Origin: Octopus vulgaris
Taxonomy: Eukaryota
Length of the DNA: 64,000 nucleotides
NCBI GenBank assembly: GCA_951406725.2
Contig: OX597817.1
Location: 19,468,001-19,532,000 of the forward strand
Direction: 5' to 3'
Shown: piece by piece, positions 12,887-27,900 of the stretch
Position numbering within the stretch: the first letter of the stretch is position 1
Layout: every line of letters starts with the position of its first letter
Position numbers and translations under genes: made by a program
The notes under the pieces: generated by a model
What the model was told of the DNA's origin: nothing
Databases searched by the model: none
What the model saw: only the letters and a program-made list of their open reading frames with translations

Positions 12887-12891
<5 letters not shown>
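12448..12891 (+). mobile_element. retrozyme-like unit: 404-nt monomer plus 40-nt terminal direct repeat, in (TA)n
   Basis: ATTATAATTAATTTTATTGTATCGCATTTATCTTTGTTTA occurs at 12448-12487 and 12852-12891. Central HHR. (TA)n on both sides. Confidence 0.75.
12649..12721 (+). ncRNA. type I hammerhead ribozyme, intact core
   Basis: TCTTA-CTGAAGA-GCCA-(36 nt)-TGGC-GAAAC-TGCA-GTA-TAAGA. Stem I TCTTA/TAAGA, stem II GCCA/TGGC, palindromic stem III ACTGCAGT, GUA cleavage triplet. Confidence 0.85.
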
Positions 12892-14910
<2,019 letters not shown>

Positions 14911-15043
14911 TATATCCATATATATATATATATATATATACAGCGGGGTGGCGTCATTCGAAGGCTAAAACTATGCGAAGCGCATTGTGACCAGCGATGT
15001 GTAACCACATCTGATGGACTGGTCGGTCACGTGATCACGTGAG

Positions 15044-15101
<58 letters not shown>

Positions 15102-15109
<8 letters not shown>

Positions 15110-15505
15110 GGGTTCAGCAAAGATTTGCTTTACCACATACCGAAGTTTAGAAATAGCAGCCAAAGAACCTTAGCTATTTCCTCTACTTGAAAAATGAGAT
15201 TCCCGGACGAAAACAAAGTACTCGAAAACAATCAACCTAGGCAGAGATGAAGAATAACGAAAACCAATCGATATTTGATTACCCATGTACGCTTTTCAGA
15301 ATTAGTTCGGTATAAAGAACGTAGAATTTATACTTTACCCAGAACACTTTCTAAACTTCGGTATGTGGTAAAGCAAATATTTGCTGAATCCTAATTATAA
15401 AATATTACTTAAGTCTACCGAGAAATGATCCCATTTCATGTTGAATTTTACTTGGTGAAATTATTGATAACTAGTTAATTAATTAATTTTAGCCTTTGTT
15501 ATTAT
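15102..15505. repeat. fold-back element with about 52-bp inverted arms (15102-15153 / 15348-15399) next to (TA)n
   Basis: TAATTAGGGTTCAGCAAAGATTTGCTTTACCACATACCGAAGTTTAGAAA versus its reverse complement, with about 2 mismatches. Confidence 0.8.
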
Positions 15506-15544
15506 ATATACAAACACACACACATACACACACATATATATATT

Positions 15545-15742
15545 TTCAAAATGTAACCTCGTGTGTACCGTTGACGATTTTGTTTTCCTCTGTCTTCCCT
15601 TCTTCTATGTTTCCGACGAAGAGCTCCGCTCGAAACGAACGTTAAACCCACCTTTCCTTCTTTCCTGAGCGTCCAATAATACTATATTTGTTCCATGTCC
15701 TCGCGTTGTTGTGTTTTTTTTGTGCTTTCTTGTTTGGGTTAA

Positions 15743-15743
<1 letters not shown>
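15545..15743 (+). mobile_element. short HHR-bearing PLE-type 3'-end element (left copy)
   Basis: GTTT-CCGACGA-A-GAGC-TCC-GCTC-GAAAC-(GAAC)-GTT-AAAC at 15609-15647, then a T-rich tail into (TA)n. Confidence 0.7.
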
Positions 15744-15807
<64 letters not shown>

Positions 15808-15811
<4 letters not shown>

Positions 15812-16020
15812 TAATCCAAACAAGGAAACACAAAAAAACACAGCAACGCGAGGACGTGGAACAAATAAAGTATTATTGGACGCTCGGGAAAGAAGGGAAG
15901 AAGGAGGGTTTAACGTTTCGAGCGGAGCTCTTCGTCGGAAACATAGGAGAAGGAAAGATCCCAACAAGGGAAGACAGAGGAAAAATATCGCCAGTGGTAC
16001 TCACGAGGTCACATATTGAA

Positions 16021-16021
<1 letters not shown>
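15808..16021 (-). mobile_element. short HHR-bearing PLE-type 3'-end element (right copy, inverted)
   Basis: Reverse-complement homolog of 15545-15743 with substitutions and indels. Confidence 0.75.
15908..15942 (-). ncRNA. minimal type I hammerhead motif (U4C variant)
   Basis: Minus strand: GTTT CCGACGA A GAGC TCC GCTC GAAAC GTT AAAC. Stems I and II pair. Stem III is the palindrome AACGTT. Confidence 0.65.
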
Positions 16022-16091
<70 letters not shown>

Positions 16092-16928
16092 GAGCTGCGT
16101 TTGGTGTCCCGTTATTTAATCCTGAGCATATTTATGTAACGCACGCACTCCTTTATTTTTCACCTATATATACATGTGTGTGTGTCTATAGATGTATTCA
16201 TACATATATCAGAAATTTAAGGATGTGTTTGCACTGTAGAACAAAAGAAACACAAAACTCGAATAATCAATTTAATACCAATACTTAAATTCTATTTACG
16301 CTGAAAATATATTGGATGCAAGCTCGTTGCCCAGGTTTCTCTCTGTTTCTCAGAGTGAAAAGTAGATATTGTAAGTATATATATTTACTAGTATTAGCTA
16401 TAGAAGTAACCGAGTGGCAGACTATATATACTTGTAAAACAGACCGAAAGATGAATACTGTGTTTGTTGTCGCAGAGAGTGTTCGATTTGCTTATATTAG
16501 AAATATTAAAGACTAAAATGTGTATGATTGAGCGGGGGGTGGGGTGTATTGGGGGGCGTGTTTCTGCGTCTATGCGTTTGGATTCGTGTTTCTGTCTCAC
16601 TATCAAACTAACAGTGTTGGTTTGTATGAGATCCCGTAATTCAGTAGACTATCGAAAACAGCCAATAGAGAAAATGCCGGATATAACAATCTGCGCTGCG
16701 GTTTTATAATGGTAGACCAATGAACTGAAATAAATATCAATATATACCTGTATATACATACATACATGCATACATACATATATAAATACATACATATATA
16801 TACATACTTACATACATACATACACAGACATATATACACGGACATTTATTTATATGTATTTACCTAAAATATATTTACAAACATATATACATATATATTT
16901 ATCTACGAATGTATAAATATAAATTACT

Positions 16929-17141
16929 TACATTATTTACATTATTTACATTTCACGGATATTTGTCCCCATCTTGTTTGTTGCTAACACAACGTTTCGG
17001 CTGATATACCCTCCTGCATTCATTAGGTGACTTGGGGAAATTTCGGACATGGGTTCAAAATGTTATTATCATATGCGTAGTGTGTAAGAGCGCGGGCTAG
17101 TAACCCCAAGATTCCGAGATCGATTCCAGGCAGTGACTTGC

Positions 17142-17207
<66 letters not shown>

Positions 17208-17375
17208 TCGAAAAATACCTTAGCAAGGAGAACCCAGGTTTTAAATTTCTCCAAGACACGTGATGAATGCTGGAGAGTATATCAGCCGAAAAGTGTTAAC
17301 AACAAACAAGACGAGGACAAATATCCGTCAAATGTAAATTATGTACATATTTCCTCGTTTCTTGAATACAGAACT
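16929..17375 (+). mobile_element. tRNA-headed HHR element with inverted upstream duplication of its 3' part
   Basis: Arms about 16929-17056 / 17230-17345. tRNA-like head at 17074-17135, then (TAA)n. HHR remnants at 16986-17031 (-) and 17255-17297 (+). Confidence 0.7.
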
Positions 17376-17456
17376 ATAAATATAAATATATTTATATTTA
17401 TGCACATTCTATACATATTTTTATATACATATACATTTACATACACAATACATCCA

Positions 17457-17495
<39 letters not shown>

Positions 17496-17592
17496 TATAT
17501 ATATATAAACACACGCACACACACATAAAGAGAGAGAGAGAGCTAGTGGAGAAAAGAGAGAAAGCGAGAAGGGAAGAAAAGGGAGGAAGAGT

Positions 17593-17651
<59 letters not shown>

Positions 17652-17723
17652 GGATGGATGGATGGATGGATGGATGGATGGATGGATGGATGGATGGATG
17701 GATGGATGGATGGGTGGGTGGAT
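17593..17723. repeat. (GATA)n(GGAT)n tetranucleotide repeat
   Basis: Directly visible. Similar tracts at 18460-18545 and 45698-45950. Confidence 0.95.
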
Positions 17724-18482
17724 AGAAATAAGGACCATAATATACAAAGTAATCGGAAAAAATTGGTTCTTGGCAATATATTTCATGAAACAAGTATTGT
17801 TGATGTTTGCTGAGCTCCTCCTAATCCATAATGAATTGCCTTGTACTCTTAAAACTACGAGCATCATAAAAATTCTCTAAATATTTGCGCTTGATATACC
17901 CATAAAAATTTGATCGTGAATAAATAAATTGTTTCTCCATGACAACGAATCGAGGGTGTTCGAAGTACGCATCGTCTGAAAGGAGTTCTCCGATGTTGAA
18001 ATACAACAGCTATTAAAATATTCACGTTCATTTCTGCCAAGACTTATTAAGGATGAATATGAAGTGCATTGTCACGAGTCTCGCTGTTTCACATGCACAT
18101 GAAATTACATAGATACAAACATAGAAACATACATACATATGCATTTGTGCATGCATTTAGAGACATATATATCATATATTTCATATCAGCATGCATATAT
18201 TGATGCGTGTGTGTGTGTGTATCGAAAATAAGCGAAACTTCGACCAAGCAACTGCCATTCTCAGCTATATTGGGCCCTTTCAAAGGCTTGTACTTGAAAC
18301 CAGACTCCTGCTAAGACGAGAATGTCTTCCCTATCATTTCCAATAGAGACAAAATACCAGCCTGCTTATTATAAATCTGGTATGCGCAATTAAGGTAGTA
18401 TTTAATTAAAACGGGAATCTATAAACCGTGCATTGGTCTTTCTGTCTATCTATTAAACTGTCTATCTATCTATCTATCTATA

Positions 18483-18522
<40 letters not shown>

Positions 18523-18540
18523 CATCCATCCATCCATCTA

Positions 18541-18616
<76 letters not shown>

Positions 18617-19289
18617 ATCTACCTATGACTGTTCCCAACATGTGTTGAGAAGAAATCCATGACTCATTGCTTGAATTAGTTACTACATGTGATTTTTATA
18701 TTTAGAGTTTCTATGCGCTGTGTGTAATTATGTGTGTGTTTGTGTGTGTGTGTGTAAATATGAAAAGGTTTATTATATTTTACTGTAGACGCATTGGAGT
18801 AGTAAATTAGGCACACATCACATTCACTTTTATTAACACTTACATAAATTATGAAAATTCCACAAGTGCAGGAATTATTCATTTTCTCTTTCTCTTCTTG
18901 TTTTACTAATTCAGCAAGGTATTTTAAATTACAGAAAGGTCTTATGGTATCCTTGCGTCATGTAAAATTGATGAGATTGTTTCATACACCAATGAATGTT
19001 CACTTTTAACCTCTTTAACAATTCCTTGATGACAGAAACACTATGTGTTATATTTAAGCGAATGAATAGCTTCAGAGTAGATTTATGACCATATTTTACG
19101 TCTTTGAAATGTTTAATCGAATGTGACTTAGTCACGAAAAAGAAACGATTATTATAAATGTTGGTACAATCGTTAGCATGTCAGACAAATTGCTTGGGGG
19201 CATTTCTTCAAGCTCTTTACAATCTGAAGTCAAATTTTGGTAGTGTCGACTTTGCTTTTCATCATTTCGGTGCTGATATAACACTCAAC

Positions 19290-20825
19290 ACCAAATAGTG
19301 TATCAACTGTTCCAAATGAATTTTTCCCGGGAATATCTCACACATCGACCGCATGGCACCGGGTACTCCATAAAAACCACTCACGTCGAATTTCATCATG
19401 TCGCCCGTCGTACGTCGTTTTTGTATTTCTTCAATCGGACGTTAAGGTTAGGATCTTTTTCCTTAGGGGTGACTGTTGGTGGGTTTGACAAATTGTTGTG
19501 TTAGCATGTGTTTCTGTAGTGGGGAGGGTTGGTATTCGAGGTAGGTGGGGCGGGAACGGGATTGGTGTCTGCATTGGGAGGACTAGATAAAGTGAAGTTT
19601 AGAGGAACTGGAGCGGGAGAAGGGTGGGGCCTGGAGTCTTCTTTCTTTCTCTTTTTCCTTCTGTCACTGTCGAACAATCGCCCTTCTCTGTCTCTTGCTT
19701 CTTCACCTTTTCTGTTCCTTCAGTCGGTGGAGGTGCGGTTACTTTTTCGCCGTAGCCAAATAGTGGTGTTAGTGCGGTAGTGGAGGACAGTCGGTTCATG
19801 TGGCCTATTTGACCACACTTGCAACATCTTCCTCCTGCCTTCCACTAACACTCTCAATTTTCTGTCATGGTGTATCCAAATTGTGTTAGCTATATTCTCT
19901 AGCACCTCTGTAGAGGCCTCGATGATCATTTTAATCCCTTGCTCTAGCCAGTTGCGTTGCAAGACTTTGATAATTTGGAGGATGGAGATTGTATCACCCA
20001 TCCCCACTATAATAGCTGTCACAACCCAGCCAACCTCCACTTCTGGTTGTATCTCAGCCACCCTTTCCATGGAAGCACGTGTCCCAAGGTAAGTTTGGAG
20101 GAGCACCACCTCTGCCGTATTTCTGAAGAGCATAGAATAATATTTGGTCCTTTCTTGTTTTAAACCGCACCTCCACTGCGGTATACTTGCTTTCTATGTT
20201 AACGTATGTAAAGTCGTTCCATATGTCTTTCAGACATTTTTCTGGGTTTTTTTTTCCTTTGATACTATATCTATCATTTTCTTTTCCAATTCTAACGTTT
20301 TATACACAATTGTTTCTTTTTCCATTCTATGACTTACTTCCTTTGGCGGGGACACAGCAATTCCATGCGTTTCTCTTTTTTTTTTTTAAATCTTTGAATT
20401 TCTCCAACTCTTTCTTACTTATTTGTACCTCGTCAATTGAAATACCAGCCACTGCTGCAACCCCCCCCCTTCAGCTTGTCGATGCTATCAACACATCTCA
20501 GCAATACCTCCTCAGAGGACTGTAAGTCGGAATACGACTGCATAATAACACAACGCTCTCCCCCAGGGGTAAAATGGTAACAAATCCACCGAATGGCAGA
20601 CAAAATATGTTCACACAAAATCTATTCATCAATATTTAACAATAACCGCACTTTTGAACATAACTTTAAAAAATAACACTAACCTTTAGAGAAACCCTTT
20701 TGCTTTGTGTCTTCCAACGCGAACTAACTCATCACGTAAGCAATAGTAGTCGTTATAGTTCACCTATACAGTAAAGAGCGCTCCAAAGGCATGGCGCCTG
20801 TGCTTTAAACAGTCACGTGACCACA
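19290..20825 (-). mobile_element. decayed LINE 5' region / ORF1 with gag-type zinc knuckle (Tx1/L1-like)
   Basis: ...KLRVLVEGRR then, with frameshifts, CCKCGQIGHMxxDCP (CX2CX4HX4C), followed by Lys/Glu-rich and Pro/Thr-rich segments. No ORF2 seen downstream. Confidence 0.55.
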
Positions 20826-21974
20826 AAGAATTATTATTTTATCTTCACTTGCAAAACAAGAGAGCGATATTCTAATCCCCATCGTATGAATGAAAAATTA
20901 TATGAATATAATGAACTATTTTATATTTCAAATAATTATATTCAGATGAGTTTTCTATTCGTTATACACCACGTATATACATATGTAGGTCGATAACAGG
21001 CAGGAGAAAATTTCAGAAAGCCAAGAAGCCACGCAACGCCCGAGACTTGAATCCAGGACTCTGAATGATCTTAAGTAGACAGAAACTGAATAGAAAACCG
21101 CCGAGTGTAATTTACTTACTATGTTACCTACTGAGAGTTACGTTAAAAAGTTACGATGGAGAAAAATCATTGGAACCGGCCGCCACATACGCGTTAATTC
21201 GGTAGCAGTTTTTTCTCGACCAAACAAGTGAAAGCACAACTCCCAACGACGGATATATATATATATCCGTCCGAGATGTGTGTCTCTCCATTAGTTTTCT
21301 CTGAGGCAAAGATGAAAATGAGTAGCAAAATATTTCCAATAAATGACTCAAATGCTTTTCACTCACTCTTTTCACTCACGTTATAACTCAACACATAGAG
21401 TTCTAAACATTTATTACAAGACCTGTATCTTAACTTGTACTTTATATTAAAAAGTGTATGAGTTTTACGTATGGTAAAAGAAAATGATAAAAACATTCTT
21501 TACATTAGTTATCTAGTTTCACAGCTTTATGATTTCCAAAAATTGCATGATATGGAGAGTTCTAGAGCTACTCTGTTTTTGTCACAGCAAAAATGATTTC
21601 TGGTAGTTGTTTCTACATAGAAATGTCATGTGGCAATAAGTCATATTTGACGTTAGCTGCCATGATAAAGTCGAATATAGAAATAAACTTGAGGTTACTC
21701 TTCGTTGCATTCATTTCTTTTGCTGTTCTAGTATTTCTTGAAATGACACATCAGTGCTGAACAATTCCTGATTGGTTAGATCCCTTGTGACGTTATTAAA
21801 TGCAATTCTGGAATTTGACTAAATTTTTCCCGAGGTCATTCAATCATTCAATTTGATGTCTTATCCAAAGAAAGCAGTTGGTTAGTCAATCGATAAAGTC
21901 ATTACTCGATTAGCTTCTGTTTCAAATTCTATGTAAGCCAACGGTTATAGATCTCTACGATATGGTGTAACAGG

Positions 21975-22480
21975 TTATTCATTCGTAATTTATGCTTTCA
22001 TAAACATATGTTTGAGCGTATTTGTGGTTGTTTCGGAACAATATAAATGGGAAGGAATTTTGATGATCTTTTTCGTTGCACATAACATTAAATGTCCTCA
22101 TAGAGGACGCTAGTCGTAGAATCTCGCATTTCTTGCCTATGGATAGTGAATCTTGTCATCAAAGCAACTCCTATTTGCCCTTTGTGATCGTTTTTACAAC
22201 CATTGCATTTAATACTATAAGGTCGAATTATTGACGAAAAAGGTGAACTAATAATACTTTACAGTGAAGACATAATGATTTGCGTTCATAAGAGTTGTCT
22301 GCCACAGGATTAATACAATTTGAGTGTATAGGACGGGCATACATTTTGGCCATTGGAATTGGGACTTTAGTGGGAAATGTGACACTAGTTATGTTTTAAG
22401 GGTTTTAATTCTCCTTTATTTTGGGTAGTTTTGTAAACTCATGTGATATGCTTATCCAAATAATAATGGTAAATGTGTGC
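21975..22480 (-). pseudogene. PLE GIY-YIG endonuclease remnant (Neptune-like)
   Basis: Minus strand reads YSIKCNGCKNDHKGQIGVALMTRFTIHRQEMRD, a degenerate IY-x-I-x-C-x2-C-x3-YIG-x-T-x4-L-x2-R-x3-H motif. Confidence 0.6.
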
Positions 22481-23252
22481 AATACCTATAAAACTTCTAC
22501 AGAAAAATATACACACTCGAAAGATTTAGAAGCGGGTATTTATAGGGAAATTTGACAAGACAGTCACTTGTCCGTTAACACTCGTTGACGCTACATCGTA
22601 GTAGCCAGGGAACAGAAGAAAGAAGGCCAAAGAAGACATGTACCCAACACCAGAGCTGAAGACACCTCCGAATGGGGTGGGGGGGTCAGGCGCCCTGTCA
22701 AAACGGTAGAGGAGTAGGGGCCGAAACCGGACGTGATTCCTCCTATGATGTCTTGAGCTAACTGGATCCTATAAAGGAGTTGTTGTGGTAGCAGACCACG
22801 AAACATAGTTGAAATTCTTCCTTGCAGCAAACTCCTCACAAAACCTGAAACACACTTTACGAATAGAAAACTTGACTACTATCTAGTTTTACGATATCGA
22901 AATAATGAAAGATGAATTTGCACTCTGTGGAATTTGAGTTCCGAACGTAAACGTGAAAGAAATGACACTAAGAATTTTATCTTCCTTAGCCTACATTCTA
23001 AGAGAAATATTGTCAAGCTGAAAGCACCTGATTATTTAAAAACTTTCTGAAAATTGAAATATCCCAAATTTAACAGAATCTTAGTTCTCAGAATCGGTCT
23101 ATTTCCTCTACAATATATCAGTACCAATCATAAATAACACCTTACCAAAAACCTGCTAGTTGGTTTTACTTCAGGTCTCTGGTTGAGAATTGACAAAAGC
23201 TGTTACAAAACATAACTACAACAACGTAAATGGTGTTGTTCTTTGTGGTGGT

Positions 23253-23332
23253 GATGATGATGATACTTCTGCTGCTGCTGCTGATACCGATGATGCTTCT
23301 GCTGCTGCTACTGATGATGATGATGATGATGA

Positions 23333-23379
<47 letters not shown>

Positions 23380-23427
23380 ATAATAATAATAATAATAATA
23401 ATAATGATAATAATAATAATAATAATC
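23253..23427. repeat. compound (GAT)n/(GCT)n/(TAC)n/(TAA)n microsatellite
   Basis: Directly visible. Followed by diverged SINE family C remnants at about 23440-23620 and 23770-23960. Confidence 0.9.
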
Positions 23428-24879
23428 CTTTCTACTATAGACTTGAAATTTTGATGTACGAGGTTAGCCGATTACACGGACTCAAATGCTTAACCTATTT
23501 CATGGACCTCAAAAGGACGAAAAAGCAAGTTTGACCTTGGTGGTATCTGAATTCCTCATATAAAGAGCCGGAAGGAAAGCTGATAAATATTTTCCCGGCG
23601 TGCTAACGATTTTGGCACTACAAATTCCTTCAAATATTGTTACAATGCCAGTAATTTTTACTGGTACATATTTAATTGAAGCTGGTGCAATAAAATTCTA
23701 TTTCATTTCTGGAGTATTTGACCATGGAAATAATGGCTCTCTTACTTACTGCCTACCGCCTTCCGAATATTGAAATTAGACTCTATGGCAGCGGTGTTAA
23801 TGAAGGATTTAGTCCAATCAATTGATTCCAGTACTTGCCTAGTACTATATTTATCTACATCGACGAGATTCGATGGAAATCTGACCTGGGTGAGATTTGA
23901 ACGCAATATATTATAGAAAGAAATGTCGTAGTTTATTGTGTTCGTTGCCCTGATGTAATAATAACGATGAATTTTTTCTATTATAATGATGACAATGAAT
24001 AGCACCATTAAGTATTCTGAAACAACATCCAGAAATATACTGAGGATTGAATAATTGACTGGGAAGCTTTACATATCTGTATTTTAAAACATGACTTCTT
24101 AGGAAGCACTCATATTCTGCGTAAAACATTAGCTATAATATAGAGTAATAATAATTTGCTACTAAATCTACATTGCAGCGGTGGCACAGCTCCATTAGAG
24201 TAAAACATATATAACCCCAACAAAATTGTAATGGAAATAATAACTCTCTATCAGCAGTAATTAATCAATGAAATATATTTACCACAGTCCGCCGTGGGTA
24301 ATTATAATATTCCCTATTTGAATTCTCGTAATTCATCATACTCGAATCCAATACCGACAACAAATATTTACTCATTGTCTTACTGCCTGCAATTATAGCA
24401 TTTAATAAATGATTGTTTAAGCACTAAATCTAATTTGAAATACTCAACAAGACGCACCAAAACACATATAAAACAAAGAGCTATTAAATCACACATGCAC
24501 TTTATCATTTTCACACACATAATATGTACTCCAAAATGCATGGAGTGAAATGGAGAAGCATAAACACGTTTTTTCCCCCTAAGTTACGAGGAATTAATAA
24601 ACTGCGTAAATATTTACAATATCTAAAGCTAAACAGCCCTCCCTAATGATTTAATAAAAGCAGACATAATGGCTATTAAGTTGGAATTTAGATGTTTATT
24701 CGTTTTCTCATGTGCTTTTGTGTGTGAGTGTAAAAGCATATTTTTTAGTTTTATTTTCTGTTTGGCTGTTTATGCCGCCATGGTGAAAGCCACACAGGAG
24801 CATCGCCGTTAGTGTATGTAATATTTTATCAATGTATTTGCATGCATATACATACATACACACACACATACATACATAA

Positions 24880-24928
<49 letters not shown>

Positions 24929-27900
24929 TAAATATACATGTATATATTCATATACATACATAATATATAATATATATACATGGCGGTGCCTCAGCATGGC
25001 CACAGCTCGTGGGCTGAAACTAGATAAAAAACGTACATATATACATTTATACATTATATACATTTATACATTTTGCGCGCGTGCGTGTGTGTAAGTGTAT
25101 GATCTTCAACATTTTTGTCTGATATAGATAACTCTTACGAAAAGTATATTTCTTTTGGATGCAAGAATGTTTTATATTTGATGTACAATAGCCTACTCTT
25201 TAATTGTCACGTAATTTGCAATATAATTGGCTTTCAATTACAGTCTTTTCTGGAACAGAGTCTATACATAAAAGACATCTGACCGAAAGGCACAGAATAA
25301 TATTTGTTGCCTAAATTCAGAAGTGATGCCTGCAGAGCTTTACCATTCATGATATTTTTGTTTACTATATGCTACTTAAACTGAAAATGTGTATCAAATA
25401 AAAGCGTGTAACCTTCGAGTTACATTGGTAAATGACATACTTGAATTGGGTGTAAAAATTAATTTCAGTAATTTCGATATGTATATGCTTTTAAAATACA
25501 TGACATGTGCAATATATGTGATAAATATCTGATTAATTTATGTATGCGCAATTTTGTTTTGTGATAATCTTTCTGAATTGCAGTGTTTTCAGGGATGTGT
25601 TATGTGTATATCTATATATCTTACGTATACCTATAGTATACGAGGACACGTAACCTCGAGGAGACGATGCTACGCTCATGAGATAAATATCGCTGTTTCC
25701 TTCCCAAGACAGGAGGTATATTATCCTCATATATGTCCCTTCATCCACACATTCATACATATGCACACAGATGTACCCATATATGTACATGCACACGTAT
25801 ATGGTGGGTGTGTGTGTGTGGAAAAAAGTGCATTCTCACATTTATAAATGCGAACGTGTATCTATGGTTTACCTCGTTCAAAGATCTTGTGATTTTAATG
25901 TACCTTATCAATTATCATTTGCATAAAAAGAACAAATGATATTACATATATTTTATAGGTCGTGGGTCAGAATGTATCAATTTTACCCAAATTTTAAAAG
26001 TCTTCAAATCTACGCCTATTTTCCAATTTTTCTATCATTCTTCCAATTGTAGTTACAGTAATTTCGCACAATACTTGATGAAAAAACATTGATTTGAATC
26101 ATCATTTTTCAAAGAAATATTCTTGTTTTTACAACGAACGATTAGTTACGGTTTTGCGGTGATTAATTGTGGTACATATAGCTTGATTTCGGATATGTTA
26201 TTGGAATATTTCCATATTAATAATTCTAGGCTTTCGCATTACCAACAGATAAGTCACATATTAACTTGTATTTCTATATTAATTGATGTTGTTCGCATTT
26301 CACGTCGTAGAAAGCAGTAAGTATACTAAAGTTTTATTTTATTTTGTTAAACTATTTACATTGATTTTGTTTTCTTTCCTTAAGAGCATTCCTAGTGATT
26401 TATATATTCGCATTTTAATGCCTAATTTATTATTGTGCTTTTCTTCTTGTTTGTATACTTTGATTTATCACATTAGATGTATTTGCTTTATATCGTCTTT
26501 CTTTAAGTGTTGTATTGCTACTTTAGATACCAATTTTTAGCTTTGATCTGCTGCTATCTCAAATACTAATTTTTAGCTTTCAAAGGTATTTTTCTTAAAT
26601 GTCTAATTTTAGGTTTAGATAGTATTCTATGTACATATTATACTGAAACTATATTATAAACTAGCTTAGTATCAAATCACAAAGTAAAAATATTGATTTT
26701 CAATAATAAAAATTAATTAATCTAAATCCGTTCGATGCACCAATCCAAGATGACCAATATTACGGAACGGACTAACCAAATACCGCACCTGCCGAAATCC
26801 AGACGATCTTGCTTACAATAATAGCAAAGCGACCCAATGCACACAGTCTAATCATATTAGATCACGTATAGTGACAGTGCACAAGCTACGTTACTTGTAT
26901 CTATTCCGACTTGCATGCAAGAACTCTTGTTATATTATAGGAATTAGGGTTACGCTAGTTAAAGTACATTTCATATTAAACATCTAAATTTTCGATTATA
27001 TTATGATTTGAAAATAATCTTCAGCAGATGAATTAGTATTTATAGCAGATGTTAAAGCACAAAATTTAGATAGTTTATTGGAATTATTAAATTTGATTAG
27101 CCATATTAAAAAGCAGAAGCTAAACCTGTGGCTGACATAATCCAGATGGTCACACTAATGATTATATTAAAATGATCTGGTACATTTGTTTACTCTCATT
27201 AGAGTCCATAAATTACTAATACGCAAATTATGATCGACTATTTTTTTTATCTAATAGAAGAAATCAAATCCCTGCTGTATAACAAACATGTATTTTATCT
27301 GGCATTCGAAGTACTTCTCAAACGGAAAAAAGTTCATACTATTATCAGTTGATGCGGCATACAGTACGCTGAAATTGGTTCCAAATTTTGGCGCATGGCC
27401 TGCAAGTTCGGGAGTAGGAGGAATCGACTTACCCCCTCTCACGAACTTGCAAGACTTGCGCCAAAATTTAGAACTAATATTAAGAGTACATCAGTAAATA
27501 GTCAAGGCGTACGAGTATTTCATTAAGATATTAAAATGTATTATAAATATTTTTGAGCGGTAACTCAAGGTGGCCCAAAATACACATGGAGCTACATAGA
27601 TTACATAACCTAGAGTGTAGATTAGGAAATTCATCAACTTTCAGGATGATCCTCCAAAGATACCATGTTCAAATCGTTTTCTGCAATTAGTCTGCAGAGC
27701 GTGATACTTGTATCAAATATATCGATTTATATAATTTATTTATCTTGTCTTTCACTGGAGAATCGTTAATCACTTCTGGTCACGTATGCATGATAGACCA
27801 AATTTTCTTGGAGTTTAGAATTTTATAGTAATATTTCTTGTTTGCATATTAATTTTCTCATTTGGGTCTTAGAAAGGTACACATGATTGAATGAAAAAAA

